Shown: positions 13,975 to 26,310, counted from the stretch's first letter. The stretch: 64,000 bases of DNA from Epiperipatus broadwayi (GCA_028023455.1 JAQFVV010000006.1:8246001-8310000); one strand, 5' to 3'. The notes: generated by a model from the sequence alone, not told the origin. Numbers and translations are program-made.

Positions 13975-14125
13975 TATATCATCATCATTAACCATTATCA
14001 ATCCACTGCAGGATGTAAGTCTCTACAAGTTCTATCCATCTTCTCTGATCTTTAGCTTCTCCTCTCCACATCACTCCTGCATACTTTATTTCATCCATCC
14101 ATCTCCATGTGGTCTCTTTCTGGGT
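13975..14125 (-). mobile_element. RTE 3' end
   Basis: ATCATCATCATTAACCATTATCAATCCACTGCAGGATG matches 28420-28455. Confidence 0.8.
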
Positions 14126-14149
14126 CTACATATATACACACTAATAAAT

Positions 14150-14370
14150 ACTAATATAACGAGCGTGCTAATAGCTTTAATCAAGCTTTTCCGATAAATG
14201 CCACAAGAGAATGCATTTACAATCTCTATCTAGAATTATTCCTATCCCCAAGCTGTTTTCGAGCTAATGGCTTTCTTTCCCAAGCTGTTTTCAAGCTAAT
14301 GGCTCTCTTTAGTGAGGCACTAGAATATTCAGACATTAGATTTAAAATATCAACCCAAGCTCAACATTTA
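14150..14370 (-). mobile_element. Family C HHR-bearing repeat (degenerate, 32-nt internal duplication)
   Basis: Collinear with 27300-27480. Minus strand CCTCA-CTAAAGA-GAGC CATTA GCTT-GAAA. Confidence 0.6.
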
Positions 14371-14674
14371 CCTAATACTTAACTAATTAATAAGTAACTG
14401 ATATTTAACTAATAAATACTATGCAATGGTAAAAGGTATTTGAGAATGGGAAAAAATTGGATGGATCAAAATGCATCTTAGAAGTACTAAGCATATCCCC
14501 CCCCCACCATTTCTATAACTGCTTGTTATTTACGAAATTAATATAACTGGAGTATTCTTTTCAACTCTAAAAACCACAATGCAAACAGCAAATAAAATTA
14601 GCAAATAATACGTGCCAGTACAGCCATATCCCCACAACTAATTCTTTCCAAGTATGAGACACTGGAATAGCATT

Positions 14675-15163
14675 AACAATTTTTATTAACCATTCTTTAG
14701 ACTAGAATTTCTCTAGTGTATTTTTACCACACCACTCTCACATAAGGTAGAGATTGATTTCTATTTACTTTTAGCACCTTGTGGAGGGTGAAAGGTGTGG
14801 TGAAAATTACACTACAGAAATATTATTCGTTAAATAAATAATCTCTATTCTAATGAATGACTGATAAAAAATATTAATGTACTTCCAACAAGTGGTTTGT
14901 GTCAAAGTGTAGTAATTCTTAACTATACATACTAAACAATGATAAAAATATGTGTAAGAAAATGTGATTTGGGCCAACTGGAGAGTGATGGTTCAGCAAA
15001 AAAAAAAAAAAAAGGCATCTTGGGGATCATACAGCTTTTTTACATTTTGGGCATAAGTTTATGGTTACTATCCTTCCACAAGGTGTTAAAAGGATAGAAA
15101 CCAATCCCTACCTTGTGTGAGAATGGTGCAGTAAAAATTACACTGCAGAAATGTTATTCATTA
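14675..15163 (+). mobile_element. Family G (retrozyme-like) insertion: short inverted arm plus >1 monomer
   Basis: 14-bp TSD ACTGGAAT(A/T)GCATT at 14661-14674 and 15164-15177. AAAATTACACT(A/G)CAGAAAT recurs at ~14803 and ~15134 (period ~330). HHR at 14974-15023 is disrupted by an A-run. Confidence 0.75.
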
Positions 15164-15331
15164 ACTGGAATTGCATTGTCTCTATCAAGAGCTTAGCTTC
15201 TAGTACCATTAACCATCCAAAATCAAGTAACTAATATTCAAACAATTGTTTGAAATTCAAATAAATTTGCTTTGTATAGCTATATATGTCGGGCATTTCA
15301 TTAGAAATTACCAACTTCTACGATTTCAGTG

Positions 15332-15555
15332 TGTGTTTATTGATCGGAGACCATGGTGTGTTTATTGACCGGAGACCATGGTATGTTCATTGACCGGAGA
15401 CCATGGTGTGTTTATTGACCGGAGACCATGATGTGTTTATTGACCGGAGACCATGGTGTGTTTATTGACCGGAGACCATGGTGTGTTTATTGATCGGAGA
15501 CCATGGTGTGTTTATTGACCAGTGACCATGGTGTGTTTATTGACCAAAGACCATG
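15332..15555. repeat. 25-bp minisatellite, 9 copies (TGTGTTTATTGACCGGAGACCATGG)
   Basis: Direct reading; no spacers; the last two units are the most diverged. Confidence 0.95.
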
Positions 15556-15989
15556 TATTTCCATGATAAAGTTAACTGCTACCAATCTCAAATATTTGTC
15601 AAAAGGATGACAAAATATGGGCGGTTATATTTATATATTTCATCAACAACATTAACACTCTGTGCGACAGAGTGATTAAAAATTCCTGGGCTGCAGCTCA
15701 GCCCATCATTTCTGGTGTTAAGCATCACATGATACTTATAACTGCTTTTTTAAATTGTGTTTTTAAAAATATAAATCTGTGACACTTGAGATGACAGTCT
15801 AAAAGTTAAACATATTAAGTATAAAAACTAATAATTGGGCTAACATGAGAGAAGTCATTTTATTTCAGAAATACATAAATTATTCCATTAAAACTTATTA
15901 CTTGAAAAGTTAATACATTTACTCAATTATATATACACTTGAAGTTATGTGTTACAAAGTGAATTTTACCAAATAATAATTTGGACACT

Positions 15990-16345
15990 AACGTGATTGA
16001 CAAAGCAATTTCAAAAATCATCTCATAAATAAATAAGTTTATTATCTTAAAAATGTACAAATTTCAACAATATATCATAAATAAATACTAAGTTTATGAT
16101 CTTAAATATATATATTACGTAGTTTGGCCATTAACATAACCGACAAACAAATTTCAATAATTATGTCATAAATAAATAATACGTTTATGATAGAGATATA
16201 TGTTACATAGTTTGGATATTACCATAACCTACGAATCAATTTTGACAGTCATGTCATAAATAAATAATAATTTTATGACCTTAAAAATATATGTTACATA
16301 GTTTGGACATTTCCACAACCGATAAACCAATTTCAACAACCATGC
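15990..16345. repeat. Degenerate ~90-bp tandem repeat (~4 units)
   Basis: CATAAATAAATA at 16024, 16076, 16167 and 16255; TA(C/T)(G/A)TAGTTTGG recurs at ~90-nt spacing. Confidence 0.75.
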
Positions 16346-17044
16346 TGTAAATATGAAACATTAAAATGGATATATTTGATATATAACTTTAAATTAAAGA
16401 TTAATTTACTCATACTCACAATTTGGCTCACACATGAACTTTGAACTTGGGTTATTTGTGAACAAGTGTTTAAAAAGAACACTTGAGTACTAATAAGTTA
16501 TATTATTAAATTAAGCCTATACTTTTACCCACAATGAATCTATTTCAAAGACACTGAGGAAAGGGAGCAATGTTTTCAGGCGGTGTTTCAACAAAGACAT
16601 GTGAATGTAATTAATATGTGTAACACCTGTAGCGACTGTTTTGGTCAAAATGACTCATTGGGAAGATTTATATTTTTCTAGGGTCTTTCCAAATAGATGA
16701 CTCATCAGTAAAAGTTGTAGATTTAATTTAATTACATAAGTAATTAATTGACAAATACACCTGAGATATTCCTGAAATCCAATAATTTTTTTTAGATTTA
16801 CAGTGCACCCCTCACTCGCTTGTTAGCAAATTCTAAATTACTCAGGTAAAAAATTTCTAAATTAATCTACTCACTATAGATGTGATTCATAGAAGCCATC
16901 TCCATTTGTTGGGTCAACTAATGAGCAGTTGAAATTACTGAACATCCACACAAAAACTATAAGTCAACTATATAATTATATGCCTCAAGTATAGCCTCTT
17001 TAAAAAAGACATGTGGCTTTATTGCTTGAGAGTTCATAAAAAGT

Positions 17045-17290
17045 TCAAATGCCAGACCTATAAGTGGCAGAATCAATCCTCGTACCTAACAATCCTAAGT
17101 TAGATGCTCTACCAACTAAGTCAAACCATGCAGGGCCTCTGGAAGATAAAAAAACTTCTCCAGCAGTCACTTCCCTAGCCTTACACAGGAGAATGGAAAG
17201 TAAAGCATTCCCAGATTTTCTGATTGAGAGTTTGAGCAGCTTCTCATCTTTGCTTGTGGCACTACTTAAAAAATAGATACCCATTTACTG
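17045..17290. other. Candidate host exon (unidentified)
   Basis: GC above background; stop-free on both strands for >210 nt. Minus strand has TCTATTTTTTAAG (acceptor-like) and AG|GTACGA (donor-like). Confidence 0.25.
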
Positions 17291-18424
17291 ACTAATATTA
17301 GATAGTTGTCTGAGTTGACTGTAGGCTAACCACCTAAAAATCAAAATATGACAGGAAACTGAACGAATTTTTAAGCTTCATTTGGCCAGGATTTAAACCT
17401 AGGCATGGACATAGCAGATCAAGATACTACTAATTTATTGTGGGGTGTTTTTATATATGAATAAATCTATTTAAACGTTTATATATTGTTTTCTCTTTAT
17501 ATGAGTGTTTAATAATATTATTAAATAAATGAAAGCCATTTAACATAACTATCTATCCATAAAAGCACTTAAAAATATTTAAAATTCTTTCAGACATCAC
17601 ATTTTTTATAGGAATCAAATTTTACGGCAGTCGCCATCAAATAACTGAGCTGTGTTAATTAACCTAATAAAATTCATATTGATATCAAAACTTTTCTCCT
17701 TAAAAAAATGCGAAAAGAATATTTTAACAGTGAAATATTTCAGACAGAACACAGCATAGAAAGCATTCGTAACATTCCACAAACTTATCTAACAGTCAGA
17801 ATTACTTAAATCACAAACTACAGTCACATAACTGGCACGTTTCTCATACCTTTCAATAAATCTAGAGGAAAAACTGATAAGATTTACTAAAGCTAATTAA
17901 ATAAATCTGAACTTCAGTATAAATTAGTACTCATAAAGTCATTATTAAGGTATTTCTGCTATTATTACAAATGTAATTATTATTTCTTAAGTTAAAATTA
18001 TAAATTTAAGATATAAGTAAAAGACATAAAGGGGAGAGCACAAATTCTCCCGCAACCGCCAGCTACCATCTCGAGATTTCAGTTAAGTGGGTGGGATTAA
18101 AAAAAAAAAAAAAAACAGGAAAAAAAAATAGAAAAAGACAATCTAATTTTCCCAAATTTAAATTTTAAATTTTTTACATTTCAGTGCGTATACAGTATTC
18201 CCAGGATCTATATATGTGAATGCTAAATATGTTTCAACAGGCCAATTCCATTAGTTTGTGCCGCCAGTGTAAAATTATATTGCCGCCCTTATATATCCCT
18301 ATAATAATGTATAAAAAAATAATGACTACACCCTCTACATTGCGCCAACCATATACTATGTCGCCCAGGTGCATTGTACCCTCTGCACCCCGCCATTGAA
18401 CAGTCTTGTATTATAATATATAAT

Positions 18425-18665
18425 TATAGCAAATCATTTTCAACCATAATCAATCCATTGCAGGATAAAAGTTTCTTCAAGTTTAACCCAATTTCTCCGG
18501 ACTGTAGCTTCTCTTTTCCACATCACTCCACAATTTTTTATTCATTTATTTCAAGTATAATCTTTTTTCTAAATCTTTTATAATCATTTGAGATACACTT
18601 TAACATCCTAAAAATGTTCCTTTCAATCCCTTCACAATTGCTACCTCATCATACATGTCTCCATA
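18425..18665 (-). mobile_element. RTE 3' fragment
   Basis: ACCATAATCAATCCATTGCAGGATAAAAG matches the RTE 3' terminus. Confidence 0.65.
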
Positions 18666-18734
18666 TTTTGTACTTAATATTTGTAGTCAATAATTTCAAA
18701 AATGTTGTGTTTCTGATGATTACGATATAAACAC

Positions 18735-19456
18735 TGTTGTATTTTGTAAAAATTGCATACAGATTTGTGCACTAACAGAAAAACTAGAATTTATTCGAGA
18801 GATTGTTTTTAGATCACGCACTGATAACTGGGGAATTAAAGCATTAACGTAATGGCGATCGACAATTCCAAGAAATATTTGCTGATTGCAAATATTTCTA
18901 GATAAGAGTTATCAGGAAGCTATAAAAAGAGTATGTAACAACTATGTGAGGCCATTTTTCATGTGCATCTCCGGTAGACGTTCCTGTTCAATTCCGGTAG
19001 GGGAAATCTCACATCAGTGTTTCAGTTAGTCCAGCGCTCAGTGGAAATGTAGTTCACAGGCATAGCTGAATAGGCCCCCAGAGATTGGGAGACCGTAGCC
19101 TGAGAAAACCGTCTGGATAACAGCTGAATAAAGAGTTGAGTTTCCAGCGGTTTCCAAGTGGAATTACTGGTAGACTGTTGCAGAGACGGAAGCTGTAAGA
19201 AGCTTAAGGTCAGTCGCAGTGCTATACTACGAAGTGTTCAGGTGCAGCTAAACTGGACTGGGGCCAAGGTATGCGTAAACCTAGCCCATTGTGAACCGTT
19301 TTTGTAGCAGCCAGACTGAATGTACATCGAGGGAATTGAACATTAGCGAACTGTAGAAATTGAGTTGTTGCGGACTACTCGCTATTCTGATTACCTAAAT
19401 GAGTCTTTTATTGTATAAATTTATTTGTTGACTGCCCAGTCATACTTGCGGACACA
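18735..19456 (+). mobile_element. Solo-LTR-like element, copy 2 (722 bp)
   Basis: TGT...ACA termini; flanked by the direct repeat ATAAACAC (18727-18734, 19457-19464). Confidence 0.7.
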
Positions 19457-21525
19457 ATAAACACAAATTCAAGAAATATGTTTAATATATTTGTTTATTA
19501 TAACAAATATACAAGTGCATATTTACACTATAAAATTATTATAGCTTCTCCTGATACTGTTTGCAAAGTATAACATCTAATTGCTGTGCCTCTATAAGGG
19601 AGATCATGTACCCTTTTACATTTTACTACCACTTCCAGCTGTACTGTGACAGCTTGCTTCACGAGTAGATATAGTGACATTTCTGGCTTTGTGTAGTATC
19701 TGATTTATGTACAAACAGCTTCCAGTCATGAATATGGACTTGTCTCACTGCATTAACTGTAAGGATCTAGCATTTTGCCATTCAGTTTTGACAATTGTTG
19801 CTTGCTGTCCTTATCTCCAAGTGGATTATTTATGGGCATATCCATAATGAGAGAAGTCATATTCAATGAGCATCATTGCCTATTCGCCCATTCTTGCCAT
19901 TTTATATATGTTATCTATTTGTATATGTATTGGTCCATGATGATGAATTCCCAATAGCTAGATGGAAACTGAACCAGTCCATTATTTGAAGGCAAGGTGA
20001 GATTTAACAAATACCTTGATCAGATTATTAATACAGGTACATACATAATGGCAGAAATTAATCACAGAATTAAACATGGAATGCATTTGGAGGAGTTTGA
20101 GGTTTATATCTATACTGTCATTATGTTAAGTGTTTAAGTTTCAGATTCATAAGGTAAAAATTTGTGAAACACATAGCTGTATACCTTTTTTAATAACAAT
20201 TTATTTTTATAGACACTGAGATATAAATGGTGTTTAAATACCTTAAATGGTCCAAATTTTCTTTTAGATTGATTATTTGAAATGGTATTTAAAATATATA
20301 TATATATATTATAATGTAGTGTATTATTACATATGAATATCAATAGATTAGGGGAAAAATATCACAGATATAAAAAAGGTGTTGTGTGCAATTAAGTTTT
20401 ATTAATGTTTCTAACAATATATACAAATAGGATATGTTAACTGAAATTAACTTAATAAAGTCTAAATGAACGATAATAATTATAAACATGATTTCAATTC
20501 CATTAATAACAAGTAGTTTCACAGTTTATAATAATTTTTCATTTCATTCACTAATTAGCAGCCATTTAAAGAAGCATAGAGACATTCTCACTCTAGAAAA
20601 AAAGCTAAAGGTGAATTTTATGATGACTATATAAAATCTATAAATTACAGATAAACCTACATATATCCCAATGTTGTTCCCAAAGTCTGTTTAGTCAAAA
20701 CAAGGGTCTAAAAGGATATACCTGGATACCAAAGTATGATAAAATGTATACATAGAAAGTAATAATAATTGCAAATAATAATTTATAACTATAGTAAATA
20801 ATTGGCAAAATGCTAAAGATTGGATGAAACTACCATAATGCAATTTTGAACTTGTTAGATTTTTTTATAATTCTATAGATTTTAATGACCATGTAATAAT
20901 TTTAAGACTTATCAAATATTTACTACTAAGAATATAACAAAAGATGAATGTTATTTACAAGATCATTTAAATGATTCTTTAGGGATGTTATTTACAAGTT
21001 CATTAAAATGATTCTTTATGGATCTAGCTTGCAAATTACCTTAAAACTGTGTTCAGAATTTTTTGTTCCATGAATGGGTTTACATTTATATATATATAAT
21101 CGCATTGTTTTTCCTTAATTTTTTTTTGTCAAATATTTATGGGATCTAGTATGACTATAAACATAACAAATACTGCAAACACCATGTTTAGTTGCCTGGA
21201 AGATCACGTGACATTTGAACAGCAGAAAAAATTTGAGCTGAGCTTTAATTCAGAAACATTAGTTCTTAAGTTCATCTCTCTATTATCACACTAAATATAT
21301 ATATATATATAAGATTAATTTTGACTATTACAAAGTTTTTAATATTATGAAAAACAGAGTGATAAAAAAGTTTAGTTTTTTCATTTTTATTATTATTAAA
21401 ATGTTATTTCTGATATAAACATTATTTTAAAAACTTTTTTTTTCTTTTAGATATATCCCAAATGTCCACTTCACAATATATTTTTGAAATATATAAATAA
21501 AGATATATTGAAAAAGATAAATGAT

Positions 21526-21565
21526 CCGATAATGCATTTCCTGATGAACTATCTCTTCAGTTGGG
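21526..21565 (-). ncRNA. Degenerate family G-like HHR
   Basis: Minus strand CCAA-CTGAAGA-GAT AGTTC ATC-AG-GAAA-TGCATT, preceded by ATGATCTGTC (cf. GTGATCTGGGCCAACTGATGAG). Confidence 0.4.
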
Positions 21566-22294
21566 ACAGATCATATCTTTTACATTGCTTCACTATTTCT
21601 TCATCATTTATCAATATCAAATTATTGCAATTTCATTTACAAATATCAAACTTTCTGCATTCCCAACTTTGAAATTATCAGCTCCATGTTTAACAAAGTG
21701 GAAGTTTTAAGAATATTTACAAAATATATTACACATAAAAAAAAATATGAAATTGGATTTAATAATGACTTGTGTTTGTGCTTAAATAAAAAGGTCGATT
21801 TATTAATAACTGGGGTTAAAAGTTTATATCTGCATTAGGAATTTTTTATGATAATCTCTAATGCAACAAATGATTACTAAAGATCATTGCTATATTTAGT
21901 TGAAGTGAGGGGTGTCAAAATTGTGTGCACAGAAAGTTTGAAACTGATCAGTCAAATTGTAATAATTTGCTATTGAAGTACTGAATATATGACAAAGACA
22001 TGTAAAAGAAACCGAGACTTGGGGCCAACACAAGAATGCTGTTCAGCATGAAATGTATCTTGAGACCAGTTATCTTTTTTCAGATGTCTTTATTCATATG
22101 TCTCAAGAATGTGTGGGAGAATGGAGGTTATAAGCATATTTTTTTAAAAAAATATTATACATGGAAAAAAAATATTGAAGGTGAAGTAATTATTCTAAAT
22201 GTTTATGTTTAAAAAAAATAGATAGATGCGTTAATCTTTAATTGCTACAACATCATGATTGCCATATTTGATATGCTATGCTTAGACAAGCTGT

Positions 22295-22675
22295 TGCAAC
22301 AATAGCAAACTCTCTATGTAATAGTGCCACCCAGTGTACACCATATCAATTGATGGATGATAATAAAGTTTGTGCATGAAATCCTATTTAGTGCACACTA
22401 CTCCAATATCTCCAGACCAGTTTCTAACTTGTGGTTTTCATCAGTGGGGATTCTCCAATATCCCCAGATTTACTTTTCTAGCTTGTGGCTTTCATCAGTG
22501 GAGAGTCTTGGATTTGCAAATCCAAGACTCCCTACTGAAGAAAGCCGTAAGCTAGAAACTGGTCTGAGGATATTGGAGGAGTACTAAATAAGCATTTTAC
22601 ACCCAAATCTTCTAGCATTTATTGATTGGTATGGCTTGCACTGGTTGGCATTATTGCTTGGGGGCTTTGCTATTG
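22295..22675. mobile_element. Family A foldback containing three HHR motifs
   Basis: Centre GAGTCTTGGATTTGCAAATCCAAGACTC (22503-22530). HHRs on minus 22409-22450 and 22461-22503, and on plus 22529-22570. Confidence 0.75.
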
Positions 22676-22744
22676 CTTTAACATTTAACTGATTTAAAGT
22701 TTATAACTGGAAAGAATCCTAGCCTAATAAATAATAAACACTAA

Positions 22745-23935
22745 TGTATTTATGTGAAGAATATGGTGTTAAAAATTGTGAATGAAAAAAAAAGCAAGAT
22801 GGAATTAAGTTTTAGGCTAGTGGATCATATCCAAGTAATGAGAGAAGTTATAGAAATGACCAGTGAATATGAGTTGACATTATGCTCAAGATTTGTAGGG
22901 TATAAAAAGGTATTTAATTCTATAAGCATTTCTACAGTGATTGGTGCTTTGGATCATTAAAATACAAAACTACCATACTGTCATATTCTAATGAATACTT
23001 ATCAAAATACGGTAACAATGATTAGATTAAATGATGATAGTATATTAGTGATTTCAAATCTCCAAAAAAAAATTTTTTTTTAATGTGTCAAAGCGTCGCC
23101 TGGGAAGCGAACCCTGGGACAACTGCTTGTAAGGCAATAACTATTCTATAGATTAAATGAAAAACTAGAAGAATAAAAGTCCATGGAGATTTGGAAAACT
23201 AAAAGAATAAAAGTCCATGGAGGTCCCCTAGATTCGGCAGATGATGTGATTGTTTTTGCAGATAATGTTGCAGTTTCAGGTGACATTGCAAGAATTATCA
23301 GATGAAAGTAAGAAAATGGGACCAAAGACGAATCCTAAAATGATTAAACAATGTTCAACGGATTTGTTCCAAAGAAAAGAATAAAGATTGACAATCATGA
23401 ATGAAAAAAATAACTAAAATACTTGATTAAGATATTAAAACACATGAAAACATATTGGATAAAATTAATCCCAAAATTAAACTTAGATGGTGCTTTTGGC
23501 ACAAATAACCCAAAAAAAACTATGTTCTTGAAAAGAAACATTTTTAACAGAAGTGTTTTACCAATTTTTATTTAAGGATCTGAAATTTGAGCATTTAGTA
23601 GAAAAGCAATACAGAAACTTAAGACCACTCAAAGAATTATGGAGAGATACATGTTGGGAATGAGAGAACAAAAAAGTATCATTGACATCAGTGAAAGAAC
23701 AAAGAATGAAATAAAGCTGGAATGGATATATTAAGTTGATAATAGATGAAGAGTTGAAGTGTTAAATTAGATATCAAGAGATAGTAAAACATCTAGAAAG
23801 TGACCATATGCTAGAGAGACAGATGAAAAAAGGAATTTTCTGGTATGGTGTAGTGAAGAGAGGCTATGGCTATGAAAAACATGATTAAACTAGGAGAGAC
23901 CTTTGTCCTGCAGAAAATCAATAATGAATGAAAAT
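22745..23935 (+). mobile_element. Degenerate RTE LINE (RT to 3' end)
   Basis: LVDHIQVMREVIEMTSEYELTLCSRFVGYKKVFNSI resembles the RTE DHI...EYN.PL...F.DYEKAFDS motif; GATTCGGCAGATGATGTGATTG (ADD); RTE-type 3' end. Confidence 0.75.
23093..23140 (-). mobile_element. Truncated family E SINE inside the RTE
   Basis: ATGTGTCAAAGCGTCG...GGGACAACTGCTTGTAAGGCA matches 29976-30037. Confidence 0.75.
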
Positions 23936-24149
23936 GATAAAGGTGAATTCTTAGGTTGCAGATTTATAATCATAATGAACAAAGGAAGAAGTAACCATCA
24001 TTCCATTTTTATCATCTTGGCTGTAAATGGAATATTTTAATCTTAGCAACATCTTGTATTTTATAAATAAATTTGTAGTTAGGTATCTTTTAATCCTCAT
24101 TCTCAAAACCTAGAAATTTAGCTCCAGCACAAAATGAAGAATCACTTGA

Positions 24150-24660
24150 AGCCTCTTCTTCAGAAACTGAGTCTTTGTATTACAAATCATCCTCTTTACT
24201 ATCACATTGAGTTCCTAATTCCACATTCCTTAAATGACTTTACAACTGCCTCATGTTTCACAGTAATCCATAAACTTTTGACTTATTCACAAATCTGAAA
24301 AATCATAGGCATCTTCTTTCACCCTGATGGTGTCACTTCAAAATCTGTAGACTGCTTCCAAGTGCTTCATTTCTCCTTCATGAATCCTTTAAATGGTTTA
24401 CACTGATACAGATATTTAAAGGTTGAAGCAGACTTGTTAGGCCATCTGGGATTACAGGTAATTGGGTTTTTAATTGGTTGGTTTTATTTTTCACAGCTTC
24501 TTTTCTATGACTCCAAAAGTGATCCCATAGTAGCAAGGCAGGTTTCTTAGTTTTCTTAATGGTCTACCAGGATGCATTAGACCACAATGTCTACCCACAT
24601 TTTCTCAATTCATCCATCCAGCCTTTAGGATGAATGTGCAGAAACACATCTTTAGATATA
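24150..24660 (-). mobile_element. pogo/Tigger (DDE_1) transposase remnant
   Basis: Minus translations VIPDGLTSLLQPLNI (24410-24455) and VVKSFKECGIRNS (24209-24246) match pogo-family IPGG.T..LQPLD and KSFKKCGI motifs; many stops and frameshifts. Confidence 0.75.
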
Positions 24661-24680
24661 TATTAATAAAAATTACCCCA

Positions 24681-24830
24681 CTCAACCAGACTAGCCAAAA
24701 AACTAAACTCTAAAACACTACCAATGATTTCACTGCTACAAGCAGACTTCTCAAGTATAAAGAAGTCTACTTGTAGCAGTGAAATCATTGATAGTGTTTT
24801 AAAATTTATTTTCTTGGCTAGTCTAGTTGA
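24681..24830. repeat. Foldback (~70-bp arms, 11-nt loop)
   Basis: ACTCAACCAGACTAGCCAA...GCAGACTTC tcaagtataaa GAAGTCTAC...TTGGCTAGTCTAGTTGAGT. Confidence 0.85.
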
Positions 24831-24961
24831 GTTATCAATTTTGGGTAATTTTGATGATTTTTTTTCTATTCTAACCTATGTATCATTCCACTTTTATTCT
24901 TTAATATATTATTCTTTTAATATATTTATTCTTTAATATATTTATTCTTTAATATGTTGTA

Positions 24962-24999
24962 GCTCTGATGAAGACTGCAGGACAAACAAAACTGTAAGC
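24962..24999 (+). ncRNA. Family B HHR (degenerate)
   Basis: GCT-CTGATGA-AGACTGCAGGACAAAC-AAAA-CTGTA^AGC; downstream sequence matches 35910-35997. Confidence 0.45.
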
Positions 25000-26007
25000 A
25001 AAATAAAAAAGAAATTATATTAAAAAAGGATTGCATTAAAGTGTATATGAGGAGATGATAAGAAAATTTTAATATTCATGAAGAGAGATGCAAAAAAAAT
25101 AAAGGAGAAGATATAAGAAAATTAATATTTATTAATATTCTTAGAAAAGTTTAGGTTGATAATGAAAATAGGAAAATTATTTTTGATATCCAAAAAAACC
25201 ACAATGAGAAAAGGCCATAAAACCAAAGATTAATTAATGGTGTTTTACTTGTATTCAACTTCTTGTTTCTTTACATTTCTATATATTCCTCACCACTACC
25301 TATCTACTCTTTGGATAAAACTACATCTAATTTATATTTATATCAATCAGTCATTTATTCAAAATTTTTTAAAAAAATACTTTTGGAGTAATTTATGTAT
25401 TTCACGTTTATTTACACTAACAATTATCTGATTGTTTGCAAATTTCAGTCTGAATATCTAATGACTTCTTATAATTGAAAGCATTTGTTGAAATGTAATT
25501 AATTTTGTATAAAACAAAAGCCCTTATAATAATTAGAATTCAGAAACTAAATTTGTCATTATAATTCACTGTAATGTCAAAAAATGCATTTCTAATTATT
25601 ATAATTTTATTATTTACAATTAAATTATTATTTTAAACTACAATAACTTCAATATACTTATATAGACGTGTGTTTATATATAGTTAACAGTTCACATCGT
25701 TGTTTTGGGTTGCCCTGTATAGTTTGATGTAGTCACAGAATGCAGATTCTGGGCTCACCAATCCATGGATCACAGCCACATCTGGAAATACAACTTCTTA
25801 AAAAATTCCCATGCTATAAAGCCATTCAATAATTTATTTATATTTTTGCGCCACCTGGTGACGAACCTTTCTCTGATTATAATATATAATTCAAGTCTTC
25901 ATCTTAGGCAGGCGTAACACAGTTCATTTAATTTCATCTTTAAACATTTTGATTAAATAAAAAAAAAAGGAATACTTGTACTAATTTGCTCAGGATCATG
26001 TGATATT

Positions 26008-26310
26008 AAGCCAATAAACATCACATGACCACCACTTCTTATGCTTCCTTATAACTGTTTTAAACCAGGCAAAACTCACTACACATATTGCCACACCCAG
26101 CAAGCTAGAGTGTTCAATGCTTGCCAGAAGGCTTGTGCATAAAATCCCCATCTCAGATCCAAGGCTCCTCGCTGACGAAGGCCACAAGCCAGAAACTAGT
26201 CTGGGGATGTTGGCTGAGTAGGCACTAGATGGGGATTTTATGCACAAGCCTTCTGGCATCCATTGATCACTCTAACTTGCTGTGTGTGGCAATACGTATA
26301 GTGAGTTTTG
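26008..26310. mobile_element. Family A foldback insertion
   Basis: 12-bp flanking repeat TCATGTGATATT (25996-26007, 26311-26322); inverted arms ~26055-26153 and ~26227-26310. Confidence 0.85.
26166..26207 (+). ncRNA. Minimal type-I hammerhead ribozyme (family A), core intact
   Basis: TCCTCG-CTGACGA-A GGC CACAA GCC A-GAAA-C TA G-TC^TGGGGA; predicted cleavage after 26201. Confidence 0.7.

Noticed and set aside
15332-15555. CRISPR array
   Set aside because: Units are contiguous with no unique spacers; eukaryotic context.
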